64,000 bases of DNA, taken from positions 1 through 64,000 of the IMG/VR virus record IMGVR_UViG_3300005529_000026; one strand, written 5' to 3'. The position numbers were made by a program, and so were the translations under genes. The notes beneath the pieces are model-generated. The model made no database searches and had not been told where the DNA came from. It was given only the letters and a program-made list of their open reading frames with translations. Numbering within the stretch: the first letter of the stretch is position 1; every line of letters starts with the position of its first letter. Positions 18,692 to 28,251 of the stretch are shown one piece after another. Origin of the DNA: a virus.

Positions 18692-19600
18692 ATGGCATTC
18701 ACTGCTATCACTGACATTGTTAACCCGGAGGTTCTGGCCGACCAGATTTCGGCCAAGTTCCCCGACATGCTAGTGCTTGGCAACAGCGGACTTGTGGAAG
18801 TTGATTCCACATTCCCGCTTGGTTCGCCGGGCACAAAATTCAAAATCCCCTTCTGGAAGCGCATTGGCACCTTCGCTGACCTAGCTGAAGGTACGCCGAT
18901 GACGCCGGGCAAAATCACGACTGGCGCTGAGTTCGCTACGGTTCTCCGTGGCGGTATGGCGCTGGAAGTGCTCGACACTGCTGAACTGGTGTCGAAGGCC
19001 GACCCGGTTGGCGAGATTGCAGACCAGCTTGCACGGCGTGCGGCTGAGTACATTGACGCGAAGCTGGTTACGGAGGTTGAGCACACGCCCAACACCTATA
19101 ATCAGGCGACGACCAACCTAGGCAGTAACGGCGGGTTGCTCGACCAGAACGTTGTCATCACCGCTTTGGTGAACACGTTGGGCGACAACTACGCTAAGGT
19201 TGTCAAGGGTGGCGTCATCGTCATGCACTCCAAGGTGTATGGCGACCTAGTGAAGACCGGCGCTATCCAGAACCAGTATCAGTCTGGTATGGACGTGATT
19301 CGCACCGGCGTGGTTCCCACCATCATGGGCCTGCCCATTCTGGTGAGCGACCTCGTGACTGTGGCTTCGGTCTCTAGCGTCAACCAGTACAACACTTACA
19401 TCATCGGCCCCGGCGCTCTGGCTCTGTTCTACCAGCGTCAGGTCATGGTGGAGTTCGACCGCGACATCCTGCTGCTGGCGGACATCATCTCCTCGAACGT
19501 GCATTTTGCTCCGCACCTGTTCGGTTGGGATTCCAACACCAGCGCTGTTGTGGCTGAGCAGAACAAGTCTATTCACGCTGTGGTTATCACCAGCAAGTAA
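18692..19600 (+). CDS. major capsid protein (HK97 fold)
   Basis: TDIVNPEVLAD, GTKFKIPFW, VIVMHSK, MGLPILVSD, VEFDRDI; followed by terminator. Confidence 0.92.
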   Translation: MAFTAITDIVNPEVLADQISAKFPDMLVLGNSGLVEVDSTFPLGSPGTKFKIPFWKRIGTFADLAEGTPMTPGKITTGAEFATVLRGGMALEVLDTAELVSKADPVGEIADQLARRAAEYIDAKLVTEVEHTPNTYNQATTNLGSNGGLLDQNVVITALVNTLGDNYAKVVKGGVIVMHSKVYGDLVKTGAIQNQYQSGMDVIRTGVVPTIMGLPILVSDLVTVASVSSVNQYNTYIIGPGALALFYQRQVMVEFDRDILLLADIISSNVHFAPHLFGWDSNTSAVVAEQNKSIHAVVITSK

Positions 19601-19619
19601 TAGGCTCAAGCTAGGAATT

Positions 19620-19643
19620 GGGGAGGCTTCGGCCTCCCCTTTT
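19620..19643 (+). terminator. intrinsic terminator after MCP
   Basis: GGGGAGGC-TTCG-GCCTCCCC-TTTT. Confidence 0.9.
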
Positions 19644-19661
19644 CATTTACCGGAGAGTCAC

Positions 19662-19817
19662 ATGGGAATTGGCACACTGCGGCGTTACCACGACCGCCAC
19701 AACACAGAAACACATGATGTAACCCCTGCCCCGGCTGCACCGGAAACACCTGCTCCAACGCAGATGGAACCCGCTGCCCCAACCCCGGTTGAACGAGCAG
19801 ACGAAGACAACGACTAA
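19662..19817 (+). CDS. small Pro/Ala-rich protein
   Basis: GGAG SD; MGIGTLRRYH... Confidence 0.6.
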   Translation: MGIGTLRRYHDRHNTETHDVTPAPAAPETPAPTQMEPAAPTPVERADEDND

Positions 19818-19837
19818 GGACTTAAACGAGGAACCGC

Positions 19838-20419
19838 ATGGCCGTTACATTGGATAGCAGCATCGGCAAAAGCACGTCCAACTCCTACGTTGATACGGAC
19901 TATGCGAGTGATTACTGGGAGAACCACTTTAGTGCCGCGAAAGCTGCACAGTGGGCAGCGCTAGGGGATGACCAGCAGGCTCAACTTCTGGTGCAGGCGT
20001 GCCGTGTCATTGAAACAGCACGTTACACACATTTCGTTTCAGTTTCTGAGTATACATTGCATTACGACAGCGCGTCTGGGCAGGTTATTGACCTAGCGCT
20101 CACGGCTGAGCCGGTCAAGTATTACTACAATCAGAAGCTGCAATTCCCTAGAAATCTAGACGTAGACGACGCTGGAAAGCTCTACATCCCTGAGCCGGTC
20201 AAGATGGCACAATGCGAGCAGGCGATTTACTTGCTTAATTTTGACGAGACCGCTATGGCTAATCGCCTTCAGGGAGTAGTTAGCGATTCTGTCTCTGTTG
20301 GACGAGGGCAAATCCACCTGAACCAACAGTATGTATCGGAAGGCAGTTCCTTTGCGCCTATGGCTTTGGAGTTTGTGCGCCCGTTCTTTGTCAAGGGTGC
20401 CCGAATGCGGAGGGCTTAA
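19838..20419 (+). CDS. head-tail adaptor
   Basis: NSYVD..A..Y, LQFPR, IPEPVKMAQCEQA typical of this connector family. Confidence 0.8.
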   Translation: MAVTLDSSIGKSTSNSYVDTDYASDYWENHFSAAKAAQWAALGDDQQAQLLVQACRVIETARYTHFVSVSEYTLHYDSASGQVIDLALTAEPVKYYYNQKLQFPRNLDVDDAGKLYIPEPVKMAQCEQAIYLLNFDETAMANRLQGVVSDSVSVGRGQIHLNQQYVSEGSSFAPMALEFVRPFFVKGARMRRA

Positions 20420-20868
20420 TGAGCCGAGCACAGGGCATCTTGAACCGAGTTAACGGAGCGCTAAGGCGGACTTTTCCGCAAGACAGAACCGTTTATAAGC
20501 GCGTTGTTACGCGCAGCGGCGGTGATGACCTTATCGGTCGCGGCGTTGCGGTAAGCACAGTGGACACTTTGCTTGACCCTCAGCCTACATACCAGCGCTT
20601 AGGGCGAAACATAGTGGGTGACCACGTTGACGCCGAATCAGTGCTAGGTGCCGCCGGTTCCAAGGTTGAAGTAGCAGACGATTATTCCTGTTTGTTCTCC
20701 TCCACAGCGTTGCCGCTAGCAGACCTGAACAACAAGAACGTCACAATTGTTTTTAAGGACAGCGCCGGAAACGAAGAAATTTTTCGCATAACAGATTACA
20801 CGCCGGTCAGTTTCCAAGGAACGGCCTTGATTTACATGGCGTTCCTGCGCAGCACGAAGCGGCCCTAG
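20419..20868 (+). CDS. head closure/stopper protein
   Basis: synteny and size. Confidence 0.6.
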   Translation: MSRAQGILNRVNGALRRTFPQDRTVYKRVVTRSGGDDLIGRGVAVSTVDTLLDPQPTYQRLGRNIVGDHVDAESVLGAAGSKVEVADDYSCLFSSTALPLADLNNKNVTIVFKDSAGNEEIFRITDYTPVSFQGTALIYMAFLRSTKRP

Positions 20869-20880
20869 AGGAGGATTTGA

Positions 20881-21294
20881 ATGCGTAATACACGAGATTC
20901 ATTCCTTCATTTTCTAGCCGACAATTTAGATGGTATCCCTGTCCATAACATTCGGCGTGACCCGAATAAACCCGACGCGGACAAGATACAAGTAAACGCC
21001 GTCAATGTTCACTTCTTGGACGTTGCCCCAGATACGCAAGTGGGCAACACCACAGTTGTTATTGATGTTATCAACGATGACGAATTGACTGCGCTTAGCT
21101 GGGTAAATCAGGTGTGGACGCTTCTCAGTTCAGCGTTTTTCACGCCTAAATTGGATTACTCCAACCCGGAATCGCCAGTTTCTACCGGAACGAACATCAT
21201 GTGGGATAGGCATAAGGTCAGATTTAGAGTCATTGTGTCCGACTTTTACTACCATCATTCCTGCGTGCTGACGCTCCAACACACAGTTTCATAA
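20881..21294 (+). CDS. tail terminator protein
   Basis: synteny (before tail tube) and size. Confidence 0.6.
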   Translation: MRNTRDSFLHFLADNLDGIPVHNIRRDPNKPDADKIQVNAVNVHFLDVAPDTQVGNTTVVIDVINDDELTALSWVNQVWTLLSSAFFTPKLDYSNPESPVSTGTNIMWDRHKVRFRVIVSDFYYHHSCVLTLQHTVS

Positions 21295-21323
21295 TTTCTC
21301 CGCACTCATAGGAGTTCTTCTTC

Positions 21324-21947
21324 ATGCCTCTAGTAACAAACGACGCAACAACACAGAAACCGATGTCGGCTGCGGGCGTTACAGGCGCACAGTCTATCAA
21401 ACTGATTCAGGCTCCCCGTATTTTTATGAAGTCAACGCCTGACAGCACGACTGGTGCTACTGTCCCGAATACTAAGTATGCGGGCAACGCCGCCAACCTT
21501 GTTGGTTGGACTGACCTCGGTAGCGTGGCCGGTAACGCGAAAATCGGTTACGAAAAGAAAATTAAGGAAGTCAAAACTGGTATTGACAACTATCTTCGCG
21601 CTGCATACAGCAACGAAAAGACCGGAAACATTGAGTTTAGCCTTAATCAGCTAGACGATGTTGTGATGAGCAAGATTCCGGGCCTGTCCGCTTCTGTGCA
21701 GACTGCTGGCTCGATTTACACGTTCCATCTTGGGCAGGAAGACCTTGTTCAGATGGCGCTGCTTGTCGTGGCCGTCAACAAGCTGGATGGTAAGGAACAT
21801 CAGTTCTACAGCCCCAGTGTCTACATGAACTTCACGTTTGCTGAAGATGCCGATGCGATGGTGCTCAAGTGCTCCGCGATTCTGCCCTTCTTCACCGTGA
21901 CGGGTCAAACCAGCGAAGACATTCTCGCGCATACGATTTTCAAATAA
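21324..21947 (+). CDS. major tail tube protein
   Basis: GWTDLGSV motif, 207 aa, upstream of chaperones and tape measure. Confidence 0.8.
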   Translation: MPLVTNDATTQKPMSAAGVTGAQSIKLIQAPRIFMKSTPDSTTGATVPNTKYAGNAANLVGWTDLGSVAGNAKIGYEKKIKEVKTGIDNYLRAAYSNEKTGNIEFSLNQLDDVVMSKIPGLSASVQTAGSIYTFHLGQEDLVQMALLVVAVNKLDGKEHQFYSPSVYMNFTFAEDADAMVLKCSAILPFFTVTGQTSEDILAHTIFK

Positions 21948-22043
21948 TCGTATACAGACAACTCATTTTGGTGTGGGGCTGGCTTTTTGGCTAGCCCCTC
22001 ATCACACAACAGCGCCCCTCTAGGCGTTTCTAGAAGAAGGATT

Positions 22044-22580
22044 ATGGCCGACGAACAGATTGTTCCCACCCCTGAATCTACTCCTGAAGTAGCCCCCGCT
22101 CCTGAGCAGTCTTCTGCTCCCTCAACCCTGACCGAACACCAGATTATCCAAGCCGCTACCAACGACCCGCAGCTAGCAGAGGACGAGTTCCGTCTAGGTG
22201 ACCGCATCTTCAAAATCATTGACCTTGAATACGACGCTTATCTGAAGTTCGTACTTCTACTGAAGCCGTTCATCACCGCTGTTTTCGGTTTGATTTCCCA
22301 GAAAAGCAAAGTCGGAATTCCCGGCATCGAGCTATCCAACACATCATTCTCGGAAGATGCTTTGCTTGAGTATTGCGGAGTTAACCTGCCCGAAATGGCA
22401 CGTATAGTGTGCGCTTCCACTGACCCGGACATCACTGTTGATGACGTGAAGAAGCTGGGTAAAACACCTTTCAATCTCGCTAAGGTCGTGATGGCGCAAG
22501 TGCAGAGAAACAACATCATCAAGGACTTCACGGATTTTTTCGTACAGGCTCTCCCGATGCTAGGGATGACGGGCAAGTAG
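22044..22580 (+). CDS. tail assembly chaperone (gpG-like)
   Basis: AAGG SD, ATG 22044; between tail tube and tape measure. Confidence 0.8.
   Translation: MADEQIVPTPESTPEVAPAPEQSSAPSTLTEHQIIQAATNDPQLAEDEFRLGDRIFKIIDLEYDAYLKFVLLLKPFITAVFGLISQKSKVGIPGIELSNTSFSEDALLEYCGVNLPEMARIVCASTDPDITVDDVKKLGKTPFNLAKVVMAQVQRNNIIKDFTDFFVQALPMLGMTGK
22535..22541 (+). other. programmed -1 frameshift site T TTT TTC giving gpGT-like fusion
   Basis: X XXY YYZ heptamer in correct phase; -1 frame is open and continuous with ORF ending 22882. Confidence 0.8.
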
Positions 22581-22882
22581 AAGACGACCGCGTAGAAGAT
22601 AGGGGGAATCCCTTCTTGATGGTTGATTCCCTCTGCCAAACCTATCACTGGCCTCTCCACGAAGTGATGTCTCTCACCGTTCCGCAAATCATAATGCTGA
22701 ATCATGCGGCTTGGGTGAACCAAGAAAGAGTGAAGAAGCGTGTAGCCAACGAGCCGACTGCTGCCGATATGCGTAAACAGCAGGAAGACGAACTGATGAA
22801 TGGTGACCCGATTGTTTGGAACGGCAAACGACTATCAGAACTGAATTCGGACGAAATGGCTATCTACATGAATAGTTGGTAG
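22541..22882 (+). CDS. tail assembly chaperone frameshift extension (gpT-like)
   Basis: YHWPLHEVMSLTVPQI motif reached by the -1 shift. Confidence 0.75.
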   Translation, partial: RTGSPDARDDGQVEDDRVEDRGNPFLMVDSLCQTYHWPLHEVMSLTVPQIIMLNHAAWVNQERVKKRVANEPTAADMRKQQEDELMNGDPIVWNGKRLSELNSDEMAIYMNSW

Positions 22883-22890
22883 GAGGCAAC

Positions 22891-23451
22891 GTGGATTTCA
22901 AAGCCAAATTCAACCGCAATCGCGGCACCTTCGCCAAAGAAATGAGAAAACGGGCGCAGGACTTCCACGGAAAGAAACTCTCTGCACGCATATCCATGCC
23001 GGAGGGAGAGCAGTTCCGTTGGTGGTATTGGAATGAGTTTGGCACCGCGTTGCGCGGAGACGCCGGACGAGCAAGCGGTAAGGCATATTCCATTGACCCA
23101 CAATACGTAGCAATGCTGCGTTGGCCTACTGCTCTAGGTGAATACCACTACGCTTTACACGTCAATCATCCCGGCATTCATCCCCGCCGAATGATAACGA
23201 AGGCTCTAGACGAGGTTAGGAAAGTAGCCTCTTTCGCCGCCTACAAAATCATTATTCAAGACGACTTCCGGTTTGAGACATTCCGCCAAGTGCTGCTCGA
23301 CAACATCATGCCAGATGTAAAGAACGTGATTGTTCAGAGCATAAGCAATGAACTGACTCAGACAAGAACAGACCCGCACTCAAAGCTGCATGGAGAAGAA
23401 CCGGGCGCTGCATTTGCCCGCGATTCATTTATCCGTAATACAGGCAGCTAG
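22891..23451 (+). CDS. tail completion/neck protein (HK97 gp10-like)
   Basis: AGGAGG SD; NEFGT, VNHPGIHPRR. Confidence 0.7.
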   Translation: MDFKAKFNRNRGTFAKEMRKRAQDFHGKKLSARISMPEGEQFRWWYWNEFGTALRGDAGRASGKAYSIDPQYVAMLRWPTALGEYHYALHVNHPGIHPRRMITKALDEVRKVASFAAYKIIIQDDFRFETFRQVLLDNIMPDVKNVIVQSISNELTQTRTDPHSKLHGEEPGAAFARDSFIRNTGS

Positions 23452-23468
23452 ACTCCCAAGGACTACCG

Positions 23469-26400
23469 ATGGCCCAGACTGATGCAGTCTTTACAGAAGT
23501 ATTAGAGATACAGGTAGACGTTCCCAAGTTTGAACGCAGCTTGGAAGAACTTGTCGCCGCCTACAATCGGTTTCAGGACAAGGTTGAAAACACCGGCCTC
23601 GGTAACGCTATCAACGTCGGGGTTTTTGCCCGCGTTAATGAGCAGCTAACAGAGCTTCAGCAGCATTTTCAGCAGTTTGACCGCGACATGACTACGCAGT
23701 GGGACGAGGCAATGTCCCAAATGACTGCGGGTATGCAGCGAATGGCGCAGACCAGCGAAGTCCTCCTTCGCCGCGACGCGCAGGCAGCCAAGGAAGCGGC
23801 CCAGGCCCGCGTTGACGGGTACGAGCGCTCCGACCGGGCCGCAACCGGATTCTTCGGCAAGCTGACATCCAATCTCGGCAGCACTGCCGGGAACATGCTG
23901 AAGCACCTGATTATCTGGGAAACGTATATCGGTCTTCTCAGACTCGCAGGGGAATTAGCACATCTTCCGTTCAAAGCAATTGAGGAAGGCATTCACTATC
24001 TGCGAGAGACGCAGGCTCACCAAGACGAATTAACGGGTGTGCTTTCTGCTAACGTCCAGTTTTCTAAAGACTTCGCAGAAAATCTGAAGCTGTCAGCAGT
24101 CGCGTCCGGCGAGGTTGTGCGGGCATTGCAGGATGTTGCTGCAAAGACCGGACTCAAGTTTTCTAACCTCTTTGAATCATTTAAAACGCTCACTGAATCT
24201 GGCGGCGTCAGCGCCGTTACAAGTGTTCAGGAGCTAGTGCGCCTCACCGAGTTGTTCAACTTGGCGATGCGTGCTTCGGGCGTGTCGGCCCAAACCACAC
24301 GCCGCCTCGTGTCCGAAATTCCTAGGGCAATGGACGGGACTCTAACCCCGACCAGCAAATTCCTAGAAGTTCTGCACATGACGCGAGATGAGTGGAACAA
24401 GATACGCGATTTGGGCATGGAGCACCATGACCTGTTGCAGCGTCTTGAACCTCGCCTCAAGCCGTATCTAGACGCAGTTTCACAGGCCCAGCTACACCAA
24501 GCGGTGCTAGTCGAGCAAGTCGAACTGCTGCGCAAGCGCTTTGAAGCGCTTGTAGCTGAGCCGGTCTTCAACACGATTACTGAAACTGCTCTGAAGATTG
24601 TTAATTACTTCAAAGAGCATCAGAAGGATGTCGAAGATTTTGGCAGAACGCTAGCTGATGTTGTTCAACACCTAATCAACATTGGCAAGGAAATGCTTGA
24701 ACTTGGCGGCGGGCCTATCCGCATGGTCGCCAATGTGACTAAAGGTTTTCTTGCGCTAGAATCTGTTGTAGACAACATCGTGACTGGGTTGCGCCAGATT
24801 GTTGCGGTTGCGCAGCACATGGAGTTCAACAAGGGTAGTTTGCTGACTCTTACGCCCCTGTCTGATGGTAAGACGCTACAGGAGTTAAACGCTATTCAGT
24901 TAGCGTTTGACCGCCGTGAGCAGGCTAGAACCGCGCTGGGGTTTGAGCTTAATGACGCAATTGCCGGGCGGCGTGTGCATCGTGAAACGCCGACTGGGTT
25001 AGCAGGCTTCGATTCTCTCCCTGAAGGCGTCAAGGCGTTCTTCGACCAAAATGGAGGAATTCTAAATGCCCCCATTTCTCCCCAGCCTGATAGCGGTCAC
25101 AAGAAAGAGTTCGATGAGAAGGCGGCGCGTAATTCCCTAGCCGAAATTTCTAGGGAGGCTCAGCTTGAGTTAGCTCAGGTAAACAAGTACAGCGATGCTG
25201 TCGTAAACCTGTTCAAGGAAAACGTCGCCAACCAGTTTGCTACGGTCATCGAGAGCGAAAAGAACATCGTTGACCATCTGACTGGAATCAAGGCGGTTAT
25301 TGACGCTGTTTTTGCCGAAGCCGAAGACAAGGCGCAAGCAATTGGCGGCAAGAATGTTGACAAAACGGTTGAGACGCTGGAGGGTCAGCGGCTCAATGCA
25401 GTTCGCCGCGTTGAAAACGAGATTGCGTCTCACCAGCGCACCATTGCACAACAGACTGTCCGAGAGAAGCAGGCCGAAATCACCCAGAAGGTTCAGCTAG
25501 AAACTGAGTTGAGCCGCAAGCAGATTGAGCTTGCTAAAGAGACTGGGGCCACGCAGGAAGCCATTGCGCGGCAGACGGCTGACATCGAGGAAAAGCTGTT
25601 ACGAGCCAAGATTGACTCGCTACGTGAGGAGCAGACGTTATTCGTTGAAGGCTCCCAGCAACGCAAGGCAGTAGATGCCCAGCTAGCAAATGCTATTGAA
25701 ATCGAGGGGCTTCAGAAGGTCATTGATGCCCGTAGAATTGCCAATGCTCAGGTTGAGGATTCTATCCGTGCCACGCGGATGCAAACTCAGGCCGCTCTCG
25801 AACAGTTAAGAGCGAATGAGCAACTTGTTCAGATAAACGAGCGAGCGGGCGTATCGGCAACGATTCTCGTCAAGGCAAACAAAGAACTTCATCAGCAGTA
25901 TCTAGCAATCATAGACGCTGCTATTCGCAATATACAGAACCAGCTACGAGAAGCGGAGGCGACCGGCAAGCATGCTGATGCCGTACTTCGTCTGCGTCGT
26001 GAGTTGGGGCAGCTTCGTAACGAACGCAATTCGGCGGAATTGCAGAACATCGCCAACCGCCCAGTGGCCGGGCCAATCAGTGACCGGAATAGGCAGGGCG
26101 ACCTTCTCAAGAAGGAACAGGAGCAGGCACAGCAGCGCTTACAAGACGCCGTTCGTAACTTGGCGCAGGCCATTATCAACGGCAATCCTCATCTGAAGGA
26201 ATACTTCGAGGAGGTTAACCAAGCGCAAGCTAGCCTTGCCATCGCCAACCAAAACCTAGACCAGTTCAACAACAAACTTGCGTTTATTGGTGGACAAGCT
26301 CTTGATGCGGTTTTTGGGCCGGGCTTTAAGGCAGCGTGGGATGCAGCTAACACGAATGTAGAAAAGTTCGGTGTTATTGCAGACCGTGCAGGACAAGCGT

Positions 26401-27545
26401 TAGGTAACATCCAGCAAATCGTTGGCGGATTCCAGTCTGCGTTCAAGCAAGGCGGAACGATTGGAGCTATCGGGCACGGCATGCAGTTTGCCGCACAGTT
26501 TGACCCGGAGCCAATCAGTCGAGGAATTCTGCAAATCGGCGGCGCTATTTTTGGTGCCATCGGCAGTTTCTTCACCGCCCAAGCACGGCATATAGCTGAG
26601 GAAATAAAGAAGCAATTCAATCAGACGATGCGTGATTATCAGAACGGCAATGCCGACCTGATAGACACGATAAATCACGTCGAGCAGGAACGAGCAGACG
26701 CCATTCGCCGGTTGTCCGGTAAGAAGGGTGGCAAAGACCTGCTCAACGAATTGCTACCGCAGTTTGATGACGCGCTAGCGCAGCTAAGGAAAGCTCAGAA
26801 ATCCATCCTAGATAATATGGATAAGCAGTTGCAGGTTCTGCGACTGCAATCCAGCGAGCTAGGCGGGTTCGTTCAGAAATGGACAGACCTGAACAAAACG
26901 GTTGAGGAGTATATCAAAGCTGGCGGTGACGCGGCGAAGGCGCAGGAGTTCCTAAGTCGAAGCCTTGAACAGATTCGTGAAGATGCTGAGGAAGGTTTCC
27001 TTGAGGGCGAGCGTCAGGCAATTCAGGATGCCATCGCTCTCAACGATTTGATTCAGCAACGCATTGACCTGAAGAAAGAGGAAGCGGAGGCAGAATTTGC
27101 AATTCTGTCGCGTGACGCCATCGAGCGCCGCGCTTCAGGAGCGCTGATTGCAGCCAATGACCTACGCAAGTTGCGTGAGCAGTACCAGAAGAACCTAGAC
27201 AATCTTAATTCACAGATTGACTTGGAGACCCAAAAGGTCAACAAGGAGCAGCAGTTATTCGGGTTCGCTCAGGACATTCTGAGTCTGCACAAGCTAGATG
27301 CAGAGCTTCAGCTAGCCGCGATTGACAAGCAAATCAAGAAATGGACAGACCTGAAAGCAATCATGGACGGAATCGTTCAGGATTCTTCAGGAGTGTTCGG
27401 CTTGACTGGCGGCTTCTCTCAGCAGATTGGTGCAGTCAGCATCACCGTGCCGATAACAATTATCGGAGCCGGAGATGTTGACCCGCAGAAGCTGGGTGGC
27501 GATATAGCGACCATTATTGACCGCGAACTTAGGTTCGGGAAATAA
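23469..27545 (+). CDS. tail tape measure protein
   Basis: 1358 aa, helical A/E/Q-rich with G/A-rich hydrophobic patch. Confidence 0.9.
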   Translation: MAQTDAVFTEVLEIQVDVPKFERSLEELVAAYNRFQDKVENTGLGNAINVGVFARVNEQLTELQQHFQQFDRDMTTQWDEAMSQMTAGMQRMAQTSEVLLRRDAQAAKEAAQARVDGYERSDRAATGFFGKLTSNLGSTAGNMLKHLIIWETYIGLLRLAGELAHLPFKAIEEGIHYLRETQAHQDELTGVLSANVQFSKDFAENLKLSAVASGEVVRALQDVAAKTGLKFSNLFESFKTLTESGGVSAVTSVQELVRLTELFNLAMRASGVSAQTTRRLVSEIPRAMDGTLTPTSKFLEVLHMTRDEWNKIRDLGMEHHDLLQRLEPRLKPYLDAVSQAQLHQAVLVEQVELLRKRFEALVAEPVFNTITETALKIVNYFKEHQKDVEDFGRTLADVVQHLINIGKEMLELGGGPIRMVANVTKGFLALESVVDNIVTGLRQIVAVAQHMEFNKGSLLTLTPLSDGKTLQELNAIQLAFDRREQARTALGFELNDAIAGRRVHRETPTGLAGFDSLPEGVKAFFDQNGGILNAPISPQPDSGHKKEFDEKAARNSLAEISREAQLELAQVNKYSDAVVNLFKENVANQFATVIESEKNIVDHLTGIKAVIDAVFAEAEDKAQAIGGKNVDKTVETLEGQRLNAVRRVENEIASHQRTIAQQTVREKQAEITQKVQLETELSRKQIELAKETGATQEAIARQTADIEEKLLRAKIDSLREEQTLFVEGSQQRKAVDAQLANAIEIEGLQKVIDARRIANAQVEDSIRATRMQTQAALEQLRANEQLVQINERAGVSATILVKANKELHQQYLAIIDAAIRNIQNQLREAEATGKHADAVLRLRRELGQLRNERNSAELQNIANRPVAGPISDRNRQGDLLKKEQEQAQQRLQDAVRNLAQAIINGNPHLKEYFEEVNQAQASLAIANQNLDQFNNKLAFIGGQALDAVFGPGFKAAWDAANTNVEKFGVIADRAGQALGNIQQIVGGFQSAFKQGGTIGAIGHGMQFAAQFDPEPISRGILQIGGAIFGAIGSFFTAQARHIAEEIKKQFNQTMRDYQNGNADLIDTINHVEQERADAIRRLSGKKGGKDLLNELLPQFDDALAQLRKAQKSILDNMDKQLQVLRLQSSELGGFVQKWTDLNKTVEEYIKAGGDAAKAQEFLSRSLEQIREDAEEGFLEGERQAIQDAIALNDLIQQRIDLKKEEAEAEFAILSRDAIERRASGALIAANDLRKLREQYQKNLDNLNSQIDLETQKVNKEQQLFGFAQDILSLHKLDAELQLAAIDKQIKKWTDLKAIMDGIVQDSSGVFGLTGGFSQQIGAVSITVPITIIGAGDVDPQKLGGDIATIIDRELRFGK

Positions 27546-27604
27546 GCAGGAAAGAAGACAACGGGGCGGCTACGTTTTTGCGTAGCCGTCTCGTCACATT
27601 TTGT

Positions 27605-28009
27605 ATGCCTTACGATGACAATGGAAATCTGACCCTGCGCAAGTGGAACGCCACACACATTGATGAGCACATTCCACTGCTTACGGGCTACCACGAGAAC
27701 GAGCTTTTTTATAACTGCACAATTGACAGCATGCGTGGGGGAGTATTTGTGCATTGCTGTTTTACTGAGTGCAAGTTCAATTTTCAATCTATCGAGGACA
27801 TGCAGGATGTAGTGGGCGGGTTCGACTGCGCCATGTTCTCGAACGTCGAATTATCCGACAAGGCTTTCGACTATTTTGCGCTATTGCTCCTTCGCACAAA
27901 AGGAAATACAAAGAAGCGCATCAAGATTATAGAAGCGCTAGGCGGAAAAGAGCAGGTAGACAAGCTCTTAAATGCTGCATACCCCGGCAATAATTGGTGG
28001 GAGAGATAA
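27605..28009 (+). CDS. hypothetical protein with pentapeptide-repeat-like segment
   Basis: FYNCTIDSM...FVHCCFTECKF...FSNVEL; start uncertain. Confidence 0.55.
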   Translation: MPYDDNGNLTLRKWNATHIDEHIPLLTGYHENELFYNCTIDSMRGGVFVHCCFTECKFNFQSIEDMQDVVGGFDCAMFSNVELSDKAFDYFALLLLRTKGNTKKRIKIIEALGGKEQVDKLLNAAYPGNNWWER

Positions 28010-28239
28010 TGCACAGTGTGCAACACAAAGTCCTAGACATTTTAGGTCACTACACCGGCTCTGGGGAGGCGCTCACCCCACACACTCGCCTTCGTTCTGT
28101 TGGGGTTGATTCCCTCAGCCTCATTCAAGTAGGACTTGAATTAGAGGAGGAGTTCGGTTCCAAAGCCTACATGGGTTCTAGCGACCTAGGGCGCATTCAC
28201 ACAATTCAAGACTTGATTGATTTCATCCAAAGACCGTAA
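28009..28239 (+). CDS. acyl carrier protein-like
   Basis: 76 aa; LRSVGVDSLSLIQVGLELEEEFG...IHTIQDLIDFI with phosphopantetheine Ser in GxDSL. Confidence 0.88.
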   Translation: MHSVQHKVLDILGHYTGSGEALTPHTRLRSVGVDSLSLIQVGLELEEEFGSKAYMGSSDLGRIHTIQDLIDFIQRP

Positions 28240-28251
28240 ACCGGAGCACCA

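Noticed and set aside
22535-22541. Tail chaperone frameshift as a novelty
   Set aside because: Well-known gpG/gpGT mechanism; listed as a feature only.
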